Below are positions 26,328-35,680 of a DNA stretch of 64,000 nucleotides, piece after piece. Both the position numbers and the translations under genes were made by a program. How positions within the stretch are numbered: position 1 is the stretch's first letter; every line of letters begins with the position of its first letter. The stretch comes from a virus. Its lineage: Duplodnaviria; Caudoviricetes. The notes under the pieces are model-generated. The model made no database searches and was not told the origin of the DNA. It saw only the letters and a list, made by a program, of their open reading frames with translations. The stretch is from positions 1 through 64,000 of IMG/VR virus record IMGVR_UViG_3300037067_013676. One strand, written 5' to 3'.

Positions 26328-27105
26328 AAATAGAAGAATAGAAAAAATTTGCCCAATCTGTTCTCATAGTTTTACATCATATATAAATAGAAATAGAATT
26401 TATTGTAATAATAAATGTTATTTTAAGTGGTTAAAATTACATCCAAATAAAGGCGCAAAGGGGCATACTTATGTTATGAAAGATGAACATAAACTTAAGA
26501 TTTCAAAAGCATTGAAAGGTAAAAAAAGAATATTTAATCATAAACCAGACTGCCCATGTTGTATATGTAAAGCTAAAAGAGGTGAAACTAAAGGAAAAAA
26601 TGCTAATAATTGGAAAGGAGATAAAGCACTAAGAAGACAAAAATACTATTGTATAGAACCTAACTGTAAAAACGAAATATCTTATGAAAATTTTAAAAAC
26701 GGTAATAAAAGATGTAAACCATGCTCTAAAAGTGGAAATAGAAATTCTTTTTTTAATAAAAAACACAGCAAAGAACAAAAAGAAAAGTGGAGTTTAAATC
26801 GTAAATTAGAGTTAAATGCTCATTGGTTAAATGGTAAATCGTTTGAAGTTTATCCTTTAGGTTGGAACAAAACATTTAAAGAACAAATTCGTTATAGAGA
26901 TGGTTATAAGTGTCAATTATGTGGTAAAAATCAATTAGAAAATGGAAGAAAACTTCACGTACATCATATTGATTATGATAAAAAGAACTTAGATGTAAAT
27001 AATTTGATAAGTTTATGCACAACTTGCCACACCAAAACCAACTTTAATAGAAAATATTGGAAAGAATATTTTAATAAATTATGGAAAAGGGAAAAGGTAA
27101 TATAA
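26320..27105 (+). CDS. HNH homing endonuclease (NUMOD3 + zinc ribbons)
   Basis: IRYRDGYKCQLCG...VHHIDYDKKN...NLISLCTTCH; GTG 26320 with GGAG SD. Confidence 0.85.
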   Translation: MSRNRRIEKICPICSHSFTSYINRNRIYCNNKCYFKWLKLHPNKGAKGHTYVMKDEHKLKISKALKGKKRIFNHKPDCPCCICKAKRGETKGKNANNWKGDKALRRQKYYCIEPNCKNEISYENFKNGNKRCKPCSKSGNRNSFFNKKHSKEQKEKWSLNRKLELNAHWLNGKSFEVYPLGWNKTFKEQIRYRDGYKCQLCGKNQLENGRKLHVHHIDYDKKNLDVNNLISLCTTCHTKTNFNRKYWKEYFNKLWKREKVI

Positions 27106-27737
27106 TTTTAGTTGGGGGTGGTAGTAGTGTTAGTGATGGTATTAAATTAGGACTGTGGGATAAAATTAAAAATACTAAGTCGGATATATGGTCAATTAAT
27201 TTTGCATTTTTAACGATTCCATATCAGATTCAAAGGGAGATTTGGGTGGATATAAGCTTCTTTAAGAACAATATAGAAGCTATTCAGAAACTATATTCAC
27301 AAGGTGTTTCTTGCCACGCTAAAAAACATCAATTTTATAGAAATATACCAGAAATCAATCTTTACGAAACTACCAGAAATCCACAAGAAATGGATAAGAA
27401 GTTATATATTGGTAGAATGGGGTTAAGTGGATTTTTTGCATTGCATTTAGCAGTTAAAGAAGAGTCAGATAATATATTTTTGCTTGGTTACGATTTCTCC
27501 GCAATAAATGGAAAAACCCATTACTATCAAGATACTCATAAAGTTCAATCTACTGGAATAGGGCATCCAGAGTTATATTTGAAAGGTGATAAACCTAAAG
27601 ACGAAGTGAAAGACTGGGAAAACTTTTGCTCTCCAGATATAAAATCTAAGATATATAATGTTAGTCCACAGAGTGCTATTGAATGTTTTTCTAAGATTAC
27701 ATATGAAGAGTTCTTTAATAAATTGGAGGAAAAATGA
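27081..27737 (+). CDS. Maf/MptE-like (sialyltransferase-fold) transferase 1
   Basis: ILVGGGSS, WSIN, LSGFFALHLA, IFLLGYD...THYY, matching the Maf/GT29/GT42-like motif layout. Confidence 0.55.
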   Translation: MEKGKGNIILVGGGSSVSDGIKLGLWDKIKNTKSDIWSINFAFLTIPYQIQREIWVDISFFKNNIEAIQKLYSQGVSCHAKKHQFYRNIPEINLYETTRNPQEMDKKLYIGRMGLSGFFALHLAVKEESDNIFLLGYDFSAINGKTHYYQDTHKVQSTGIGHPELYLKGDKPKDEVKDWENFCSPDIKSKIYNVSPQSAIECFSKITYEEFFNKLEEK

Positions 27738-27919
27738 AATTTGAAATAGATACACAAAGAACCGTAGAATATAATTATATTAGTATTTCTTTGACAAAAA
27801 ATGATATTTCTGATTTACTTAAATTTGGTGAAATTCGTCAATTTACTGAAGGTATGGAAAAATTCGTTAAAAATAATATAATAATAAAATTAGTTGAAAA
27901 TAATAAAATAAATGAATAA
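27734..27919 (+). CDS. hypothetical protein
   Basis: 61-aa ORF; GGAGG SD. Confidence 0.45.
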   Translation: MKFEIDTQRTVEYNYISISLTKNDISDLLKFGEIRQFTEGMEKFVKNNIIIKLVENNKINE

Positions 27920-28589
27920 ACCTGAAATTTCAATCCTCTTGCCATCTCTAAGACCAGAACTTCTAAAAAGAAGTATTCAAGAGTTTGCTGATACTAATTC
28001 TAATGTAGACTATCAAATTGTGGTGGTTAGTCCTTTTAAAGTTCAATCACCTAAAGTTAAATGGATATTTGAAGGAGAACCAAGAGGTAGTGTTTGGGCA
28101 ACTAATACTGCTTATACTTATTCAGAAGGTAAATATGCAGTATATTTTAGTGATGATGTAAGCCCAACCAAAGATTGCCTCAAGAATATGTTATCTTTTA
28201 TGAAAGATAAAGAAACTCCATTTATTGGTGCTTTTAAGATGCTTACACCAAATAATGCCCAGATCGGCCCCTTTGGTTGTTATGAAAAACTTTATGCCTG
28301 CTACGGATGTTTGAGTGAAGAAACTTGTGCCTTATTGGAAGGAGTATTTTATCATAAGTTTCTATATAGTTGGTGTGATATTGATTTAGCTATGAGATGT
28401 TATTCTAAAGGTGGTAAGATAGAAATTTGCCAAGATGCTTGTGTAATACCAAGACAAGTAGAGGATGAAATTTATAAAAATCATAGACAAACATTTAATC
28501 AAGATTTTAATACTTTTTGTGATTTGTGGCATCCAACGTATGGTGGTAATTTACCAAGAGAAATTGGGGCAATAAATCATAAACTATAA
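27912..28589 (+). CDS. GT-A (GT2-like) glycosyltransferase
   Basis: ISILLPSLRP, FSDDV, SWCDIDL. Confidence 0.8.
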   Translation: MNKPEISILLPSLRPELLKRSIQEFADTNSNVDYQIVVVSPFKVQSPKVKWIFEGEPRGSVWATNTAYTYSEGKYAVYFSDDVSPTKDCLKNMLSFMKDKETPFIGAFKMLTPNNAQIGPFGCYEKLYACYGCLSEETCALLEGVFYHKFLYSWCDIDLAMRCYSKGGKIEICQDACVIPRQVEDEIYKNHRQTFNQDFNTFCDLWHPTYGGNLPREIGAINHKL

Positions 28590-29306
28590 ATGCTTTTACA
28601 CATTATAATTCCAACACATTTTAGGCATCAAAAATTAATGAACTGCCTTGGTTCGATTGAGCAAGCCAGAACACTTTTAGACTGCTATTCTTATGTTTTT
28701 GTCTATTATAGTGATAAAGAAGAATTTGAGAAAGATTCAATAGGTTTAATTAATTATAAAAACATATTACCTAAACTTTTAGAAAAACCCTACTTCGCTT
28801 CTGAGTTTTGGAATGATCATATCAAATCATATAATGCAGATATATACATTTATCTTAATGATGATATTGTCTTAGAAATGAATGCGTTAAAAAGAGTAGT
28901 AAATATAATGAATGAGAAGTTTAATGATTTAGATGGGGTTGTGGCGATAACGCAAGAAAATATTCCTGAAAACCAAGCTTGCCCAACAGCTTTTGGTGCA
29001 ATAGGAACTAAATTTACAGATAGATTCCCAGATAGAAAGGTTTTCTGTGAAGATTATGAACGACTATATTTAGATAGTGAACTCGGTGAATATGCTAAAA
29101 GTCAGGGGAAATTATTTCATAGTTTAGATAAAAGCATGGCCCCCCTACTAACACACTTTCATCCTGGATTTTTCCCTAATATGAAAGATTCCACACATGA
29201 TGATGTTAGAACGCATTTAAGAAAAGATAAAATTACTAATAATAGAAGAAAATCTAAAAACCTTCTTTGGGGAAGGGATTTTACATTAATAAATGCTAAA
29301 AATTAA
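28590..29306 (+). CDS. GT-A (GT2-like) glycosyltransferase
   Basis: IIIPTHFR, LNDDIV, LYLDSELG, THFHP. Confidence 0.78.
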   Translation: MLLHIIIPTHFRHQKLMNCLGSIEQARTLLDCYSYVFVYYSDKEEFEKDSIGLINYKNILPKLLEKPYFASEFWNDHIKSYNADIYIYLNDDIVLEMNALKRVVNIMNEKFNDLDGVVAITQENIPENQACPTAFGAIGTKFTDRFPDRKVFCEDYERLYLDSELGEYAKSQGKLFHSLDKSMAPLLTHFHPGFFPNMKDSTHDDVRTHLRKDKITNNRRKSKNLLWGRDFTLINAKN

Positions 29307-30021
29307 TCTATTAGTCCCAACAAGAAGTAGACCAAAATATCTTAAAGAATTGTTTCTTAATTTAGCATATACTATTCCTTCTTTCCGTTCAAATCACATA
29401 GAATTATTTTTAAAAATAGACGAAGATGATATAGAAACAAAAAAAGCTATTTCAATTTTAGAAAGAAATGAATATCCATTTAATTGGCATTATATTTCTA
29501 ATCAAAAAAGCGATTTCTTAAATAGAGATTATTATAACAATTTAAGTAGTATTGTTGCCGAAGGACTTTTGTGGGGAATTGCCGATGATGTTAGATTTTT
29601 TACTGATGATTGGTATAAATCATTAACAAATAAGGTAGAAGAATACTTAAAAGATAAACCAGATAGAATTGCTTATATATCAGTAAATGAAGAAGGAAGC
29701 ACAGCTAAACATCCTTGTTTCCCCTTAATTACTAAAGAAGCTTTTCAAGTATTAGGCGAATATCACTGTTCAGAACTATTATCTTGGGGAAGTGATAGAA
29801 TATTATGGGAGATATATAGTGGAATTGGGCGAACCCTACATATACCAGAAATAAGTATTAAGCATTTAAGTTATCATGATGGTTCAGCACCTTTTGATGA
29901 AACAGCTAAAAGTATGAAAGAGAGATTCTTTAGAAATCCAAATGCACATAATCTTATTAGTGAAACTAAAGTTCCCCAACAAATAGAGAAATTAAAAAAA
30001 TATATTGAGGAGTTTAAATAA
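29293..30021 (+). CDS. GT-A (GT2-like) glycosyltransferase
   Basis: LLVPTRSRP, IADDVRF, FPLI, WGSDR, IKHL. Confidence 0.8.
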   Translation: MLKINLLVPTRSRPKYLKELFLNLAYTIPSFRSNHIELFLKIDEDDIETKKAISILERNEYPFNWHYISNQKSDFLNRDYYNNLSSIVAEGLLWGIADDVRFFTDDWYKSLTNKVEEYLKDKPDRIAYISVNEEGSTAKHPCFPLITKEAFQVLGEYHCSELLSWGSDRILWEIYSGIGRTLHIPEISIKHLSYHDGSAPFDETAKSMKERFFRNPNAHNLISETKVPQQIEKLKKYIEEFK

Positions 30022-31148
30022 TGTGTTTAACTAATGAATGGTCAGAAAAGAATATTTACAACAGCTTTAATTCTTTCGCTAAGGGGCTAACCTATTACGA
30101 ATATTATGAAAGTATAAACAATTGGCGATTAGGTAAAATTAAAACTCCGAGAAGTCCTGTGGAAGTTTCCCTTGATCCGATTCATGCATGTAATTTGAAA
30201 TGTTCCTGGTGCAATGCCTCTCGTTATTTAAAAGAAGGATTAGAAAATAGACGTATGAGTGATGAACATTTAATGAAGTTAATTACTTTTTTAGCTAAGT
30301 GGGGGGTTCGTGGTACATGTTGGGGAGGTGGCGGTGAAAGTTTACTCCACTCAAAAATGCAAGATGGTTTAGAGTTGGCATATTCTCTAGGTCTTGAAAA
30401 TAGCATAGCTACAAACGGAACACTTTTCAATTCTAATTTAATAAATACTGCAATTAAAACCTGTAAATGGATTGGAATGTCAATAGACGCCGCTACTAAA
30501 GAAACATACTTTGAATCTAGAAAAATAGATTTATTTGATAAAGCAATTTCTAATTTACAAGAATTATCAGAAAGAAGCAAATCTACTAACTCACAAGTAG
30601 ATATAGCATATAAATTTTTAATCTTTAAAGAAAATCAACATGAAATATATAAAGCTTGCGAATTAGCCAAAAAAATTGGAGTAAAAACATTTCACTGTCG
30701 ACCAGCTTCTTACACTCACCAAGGGATGGAATTAAAATTAGATAATCCCTACGATATGAATTTAATAGAAGAAGAATTTGAAAAATGTAGAGAACTTGAA
30801 GATAAAAGTTTTAACGTGTTTTTGATTAGACATAAATTTAATCCTGATTTTTCAGCAAAAAGAGATTTTAGTCAATGTTGGGCGGGACCATTATGTATTC
30901 AAATATGTGCAGATAATAATGTATATAATTGCCCTGATACTCGTCATTTAGAAAGTTTTAAATTAGGAGAACATTATCCAAATCCAGAAAAAATATTAGA
31001 ATTTTGGGGCAGTAAAAAACATTATAATATTGTATTTAATGAAGCTTGTAAAATATGTAACTGGAGATGCACTTTTGGATACTATGCAAAACAATTTCAA
31101 GATTTGTTCATTGATAATAACGACCCACTATTCAGGAACTTTGTATAA
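30021..31148 (+). CDS. radical SAM protein with SPASM/twitch domain
   Basis: CNLKCSWC; GGGESLLH; CWAG...VYNC...CKICNWRC. Confidence 0.9.
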   Translation: MCLTNEWSEKNIYNSFNSFAKGLTYYEYYESINNWRLGKIKTPRSPVEVSLDPIHACNLKCSWCNASRYLKEGLENRRMSDEHLMKLITFLAKWGVRGTCWGGGGESLLHSKMQDGLELAYSLGLENSIATNGTLFNSNLINTAIKTCKWIGMSIDAATKETYFESRKIDLFDKAISNLQELSERSKSTNSQVDIAYKFLIFKENQHEIYKACELAKKIGVKTFHCRPASYTHQGMELKLDNPYDMNLIEEEFEKCRELEDKSFNVFLIRHKFNPDFSAKRDFSQCWAGPLCIQICADNNVYNCPDTRHLESFKLGEHYPNPEKILEFWGSKKHYNIVFNEACKICNWRCTFGYYAKQFQDLFIDNNDPLFRNFV

Positions 31149-31175
31149 AAATATGGAACAAGAAAGAAGAATTTA

Positions 31176-31799
31176 ATGGAAAAATCAACTAATAAAGTTG
31201 GCAAATATAAAAGAACAGAAAAACATCTTGAAAATTTAAGAAAATATGCTTTTAAAAAAGGTATGATTCCTTGGAATAAAGGTTTAACTACAAAAACAGA
31301 TGAAAGAGTTAAAAAATATGGGGAGAAATCTGGCAATACTAGAAAAGGTAAATTGGTTGGAATTTTTAGTCCTAATCATGGTAGAAAACACACAGAAGAA
31401 GAAATAATAAAAATGAAAAACGCAGCAATTAAAGATGGAAGAAAACCACCATCCAGAAAAGACTGTGAAAATATTATTTTTAATTTTAAAAATTTACCAA
31501 ATAAACCAGAAAAAGTACTTATTAATTTATTAAATACTATTTTACCAAACGAATATAAATACATTGGAAACTGTAAATTATGGATTGAAGATTTTAATCC
31601 AGATTTTATAAACTGCAATGGGCAAAAGAAAATTATAGAATTATTTGGTGATTACTGGCATAGAAATACTCAAGAAAGAGACAAAAATCGTTTAGAAACA
31701 TATGCTAAATATGGATACAATACCTTAGTTATATGGGAACATGAGTTAAAAGATTTACATAATGTGAGAAATAAAATATTAGAATGGAGTAAATTATAA
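31176..31799 (+). CDS. NUMOD3 + Vsr/DUF559-like homing endonuclease
   Basis: PWNKGL, HTEEE; PDFI...IELFGDYWH...VIWEHE. Confidence 0.8.
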   Translation: MEKSTNKVGKYKRTEKHLENLRKYAFKKGMIPWNKGLTTKTDERVKKYGEKSGNTRKGKLVGIFSPNHGRKHTEEEIIKMKNAAIKDGRKPPSRKDCENIIFNFKNLPNKPEKVLINLLNTILPNEYKYIGNCKLWIEDFNPDFINCNGQKKIIELFGDYWHRNTQERDKNRLETYAKYGYNTLVIWEHELKDLHNVRNKILEWSKL

Positions 31800-32176
31800 T
31801 GGAAAGAGACCCTGGCGATATTTTGGATCGAGGTTCTATTGCTAAACTAAAGCATGAAAGAATTAGAAATCCTGAAAATGATAAAGAATGGATTGCTTTT
31901 GAAAAAGAGTTAAAAATACTTATTAAAAAATATCCTAATCTTTTTATAAATGATTTGTTTGAACTATTATATAGTATTAATTCATTTATTTGGGAAAAAG
32001 AATCGGATATGAGACAAGGTAAATTAGATGGAATTCTTTACGAAGTTGGTATTAGAGCTATAGAAATTCGTAAACTTAATAATTTTAGAATATCAATAAA
32101 AAATCTTATAAATAAGTTAACTGAAAGTGGATTTATTGACATAAAACATAATCATCTTAGTGAAGGAACTAAATAA
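31799..32176 (+). CDS. DUF6165-like helical protein
   Basis: PGDILDRGSIAKLK...INSFIWEKE..R...N..R..IKNLIN pattern. Confidence 0.5.
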   Translation: MERDPGDILDRGSIAKLKHERIRNPENDKEWIAFEKELKILIKKYPNLFINDLFELLYSINSFIWEKESDMRQGKLDGILYEVGIRAIEIRKLNNFRISIKNLINKLTESGFIDIKHNHLSEGTK

Positions 32177-34434
32177 TGAATAAAGTTTGTGTAATTAAGC
32201 CCAACGGAAATTCACAATATTGCCAAGACTTGCAAGAATACAAGTCAGTGGAGGTTCCTATCTGGCAGTTAGTTTTAGCTTCCCACTATAATACAGATTT
32301 ACTTATAGATGGAGAAGTTAACAATCTGTCCAATCAACAAATAGTAGATAAAGCAATTAACGAGTTTAAGGCTAAAAAAGTAGTTATCATTGCAACCGGA
32401 AATCATCCTAGCTCTTTTATACAGCAGCGTGGAGAAATGATTAAACTTAGTTGTATGTTTGAGAAGTATAAAGATGTTGAAATAATAACTCACAGTAAAT
32501 TACCAGTAAATCCTTGTCAATATAAAGTTAATTGGGATTTGATAGATTTTAATAAGTACAGGGCGAGTAATTGGCATTGTGTAGATGAACAAACTGAAAT
32601 TCTTACAGATCAAGGATGGAAGTTCTTTAAAGATTTAGATAAAACAGAAAAAGTAGCTACATTAAACATAAATAAAAATTGTGTTGAATATCAAAAACCA
32701 AACAAATACTATAACTATGATTATGATGGAGAAATGTATAGTTATAATGGAAGATTTGTAGATATGTTAGTAACATTAAACCATAAGTTATTAGTTAGTG
32801 GATATAATAATTATAAATGGAAATTAATAGAAGCTAATAAGACAAAAAAATGTATTCGTTTTAATAGATGTTTTAATTACGATAAAAAAGATGTTAATGA
32901 TTTTATATTTCCTCAAATAGATACATATAGACTTAGAAGAAATGTTAAAAGTTTGTTAATGGATGATTTTTTATTATTTCTTGGAATTTATTTATCTGAA
33001 GGAAGTACATATAGAAATAATGTTGCCATTTCTCAATTAAATAAAGGAAAAAGAAAAGTAATTAAACAATGGATAGAAAAATTAAAATACCGTGTTACAG
33101 ACAATAAAAAAACACCTTTTTTATCAATAAGTAATAAACAGTTAGTTCTCTATTTTAAACAGTTTGGTAAAGCAAAAGATAAGTTTATCCCAAGAGAATT
33201 ATTAAATTCTTTAAGTAAAAGACAATGTAGAATATTATTAAAAGCATTAATGTTTGGAGATGGTTCTTGGGATAAAGAAAAAATAGAAAAAAGTGGATAC
33301 TATTGTTCAACATCCAAACAACTATCTAACGATGTACAAGAATTAGCATTAAAAGGTGGCTATATGGCTTCTTTTGTAGAAACAAAATGGCATCTTAATA
33401 AGGGTCATTTTGGAAAAAATGTAGTTTACAGTGTAAATATTTGTGATACTAGAAAATATCCAGCAGTTGATGTTAGAACAAGAAAAACAGAAATTATAAA
33501 TTACAAAGGAAAAGTTTATTGTGTAGAAGTAGATAATCATATTATATATATACGTAGAAATGGCAAGTGTCATTGGACTGGAAATAGTATGACAAACAAT
33601 TTAAATCCTTCCCCATATGGGGTTAATTATAGTTCAGTTTCATGCCCACATAAATGTAATTACTGCGTAGTTAAACGCTTTTACGGAAATAAGTATATTG
33701 AAAGAGATTTAGAAGATATAACGAGAGATTTTGATGAATTAGCAAAAAGAAATGTAATTAATATTAAAATGATGGACGAATTATTTGTATCTAAACCAGA
33801 AAGAGTTAAAAAGATATGTCAAGCTATTATAGATAAAGGATATAATTTTAATATTTGGGCTTACGCTAGAATAGATATTATGAATGATGAAATCCTAAAA
33901 ATAATGAGAAAAGCTGGTATTAGGTGGCTGGCATTCGGCGTAGAATCAGGAAACGATAAGATTAGAAAAGATGTTCTCAAAGGTAATTTTACCAAAAATA
34001 AAATTAAAGAAGTCATAAAAATGACTAAAGATAATGATATTTGTGTTATAGGTAATTTTATGTTTGGTTTTTGGGAAGATAATAAAGATACTATGCAAGA
34101 AACTTTAGATTTAGCAATAGAGTTAAATTGCGAGTATGTAAACTTTTATTGCTTGACCGCATTTCCCGAAACAAATTTTCATAATGATTTGTTGTCTAAG
34201 GGAGTTCCACTGCCAACGAGCTGGGAACAATATGCCCAAATAAGCGAACAATTCAAAGCACTCCCAACCAAATACTTAAAAGCTGAAGAAGTATTACGTT
34301 TTAGGGACAGAGCTTTCCAAATTTATTTCAGAGAAAGTACATATATAGATATGATTGAATCTAAATTTGGGGCAAAAACAATAAAACATATAGATACAAT
34401 GATACATAAAAGAATAGGAAGGTTGTACTGCTAA
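32176..34434 (+). CDS. B12-binding-type radical SAM enzyme with intein (spliced 416 aa)
   Basis: After splicing: KYRASNWH|SMT...SCPHKCNYC; MDELF, FGVESG, NFMFG. N-terminal B12 domain looks shortened (no GEGE segment). Confidence 0.9.
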   Translation: MNKVCVIKPNGNSQYCQDLQEYKSVEVPIWQLVLASHYNTDLLIDGEVNNLSNQQIVDKAINEFKAKKVVIIATGNHPSSFIQQRGEMIKLSCMFEKYKDVEIITHSKLPVNPCQYKVNWDLIDFNKYRASNWHCVDEQTEILTDQGWKFFKDLDKTEKVATLNINKNCVEYQKPNKYYNYDYDGEMYSYNGRFVDMLVTLNHKLLVSGYNNYKWKLIEANKTKKCIRFNRCFNYDKKDVNDFIFPQIDTYRLRRNVKSLLMDDFLLFLGIYLSEGSTYRNNVAISQLNKGKRKVIKQWIEKLKYRVTDNKKTPFLSISNKQLVLYFKQFGKAKDKFIPRELLNSLSKRQCRILLKALMFGDGSWDKEKIEKSGYYCSTSKQLSNDVQELALKGGYMASFVETKWHLNKGHFGKNVVYSVNICDTRKYPAVDVRTRKTEIINYKGKVYCVEVDNHIIYIRRNGKCHWTGNSMTNNLNPSPYGVNYSSVSCPHKCNYCVVKRFYGNKYIERDLEDITRDFDELAKRNVINIKMMDELFVSKPERVKKICQAIIDKGYNFNIWAYARIDIMNDEILKIMRKAGIRWLAFGVESGNDKIRKDVLKGNFTKNKIKEVIKMTKDNDICVIGNFMFGFWEDNKDTMQETLDLAIELNCEYVNFYCLTAFPETNFHNDLLSKGVPLPTSWEQYAQISEQFKALPTKYLKAEEVLRFRDRAFQIYFRESTYIDMIESKFGAKTIKHIDTMIHKRIGRLYC
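32578..33585 (+). mobile_element. intein (336 aa) with LAGLIDADG endonuclease
   Basis: WH|CVDEQTEILTDQGWK, VTLNH block B, LGIYLSEGS and ALMFGDGS, VYCVEV...HWTGN|S. Confidence 0.92.
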
Positions 34435-35108
34435 TGAGTATATTCAAACAACCACAATCTACCAATTTTAGTATAGTGCTTCCTTCGCTAAGATGGGAAT
34501 GGATAAGAACAGTATTAAATTCTATTTATAATAATGCTTACTATCCAGATATGATAGATACTCATATAGCCATAAACACTGGAGAAATAAGAATAAAAAC
34601 TATTCTAGAATCTTATAGGTGGAAAAATAATAATGTTCATTTTTATGAAATAGACCCAGCTACAATGACTTTAGCTGGATTAAACTTTGTTGGCATAGTT
34701 CCTTATGTTAATCTTCTTACTAAAGAATATGCTAAAGGTAAGTATATAATGCCAATGAATGACGATGCACTGTTCACTATGAAAAATTGGGATAAGAATG
34801 CTTTAGAAAGATTACCAGATGATATAGTATTAGGTCTTACTAATGATAATATACGCCCAAAGGGATTTGACGGTAGGTCAATACCAGCATGTTCTTTCCC
34901 AATAATTTCAAGAAAAGGTATTGAGCGTTTTAGGCATTTATTTGATCCATATTTTTATCATAACATAGCAGATACACACATTTGTTCAGTTTATTATGAT
35001 ATTGGGAAAACCGTTGATTTAACAGATATAGTATATATAGCTCATAGACCAGATGAACTTTGTAATAATATACCAACAGACTATTTAACAGAAGTAGAAA
35101 AATGTTAA
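34434..35108 (+). CDS. GT-A (GT2-like) glycosyltransferase
   Basis: IVLPSLR, PMNDDALF, FPIISR, IADTH. Confidence 0.8.
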   Translation: MSIFKQPQSTNFSIVLPSLRWEWIRTVLNSIYNNAYYPDMIDTHIAINTGEIRIKTILESYRWKNNNVHFYEIDPATMTLAGLNFVGIVPYVNLLTKEYAKGKYIMPMNDDALFTMKNWDKNALERLPDDIVLGLTNDNIRPKGFDGRSIPACSFPIISRKGIERFRHLFDPYFYHNIADTHICSVYYDIGKTVDLTDIVYIAHRPDELCNNIPTDYLTEVEKC

Positions 35109-35680
35109 ACAAAGATCAACTTATTAATTTTGAAGAAGAAATAGCAGAAATTTATAATCAAGGACTTATTCGTGCTCCAATACATTTGCATGTTGGTGCA
35201 GAAGAAGGATTAATAAATATATTCAAAGAACATTATAAAGAAAATGATTGGATAGTAAGTACACATAGAGCACATTATCCATGGCTTTTATCAGGTCGTT
35301 CTCCAGAAGAACTTAAAAAACAGATATTAGAAGGTCATTCTATGCAATTATTTGATGATAAGTTTATAACATCATCTATTGTAGCTGGTGGAGCTTCTAT
35401 CGCAGTTGGAATAGCTTTAGCGTTGCAAAAAGAAGAAAGTGAGAATAAAGTATTATGCTTTTTAGGTGATGCCGCAAGCGAATGTGGTATAGCTAAAGAA
35501 AGTATTAGATATTCAGAAGGACATGACTTACCAATTTTATTTATAATTGAAAATAATGAAAAATGTGTAAATACTAATACTTATCAGTCATGGGGTACTA
35601 AAAATATTCCAAAAGTAATTAAATTTGATTATTGTAGAAAGTATCCCCACGCTGGTTGTGGTACTTACATTATGTTCTAA
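35102..35680 (+). CDS. truncated TPP-dependent E1 alpha-like subunit (192 aa)
   Basis: IHLHVGAE, STHRAH, SSIVAG, GDAASECG...ENN TPP motif. Confidence 0.85.
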   Translation: MLNKDQLINFEEEIAEIYNQGLIRAPIHLHVGAEEGLINIFKEHYKENDWIVSTHRAHYPWLLSGRSPEELKKQILEGHSMQLFDDKFITSSIVAGGASIAVGIALALQKEESENKVLCFLGDAASECGIAKESIRYSEGHDLPILFIIENNEKCVNTNTYQSWGTKNIPKVIKFDYCRKYPHAGCGTYIMF

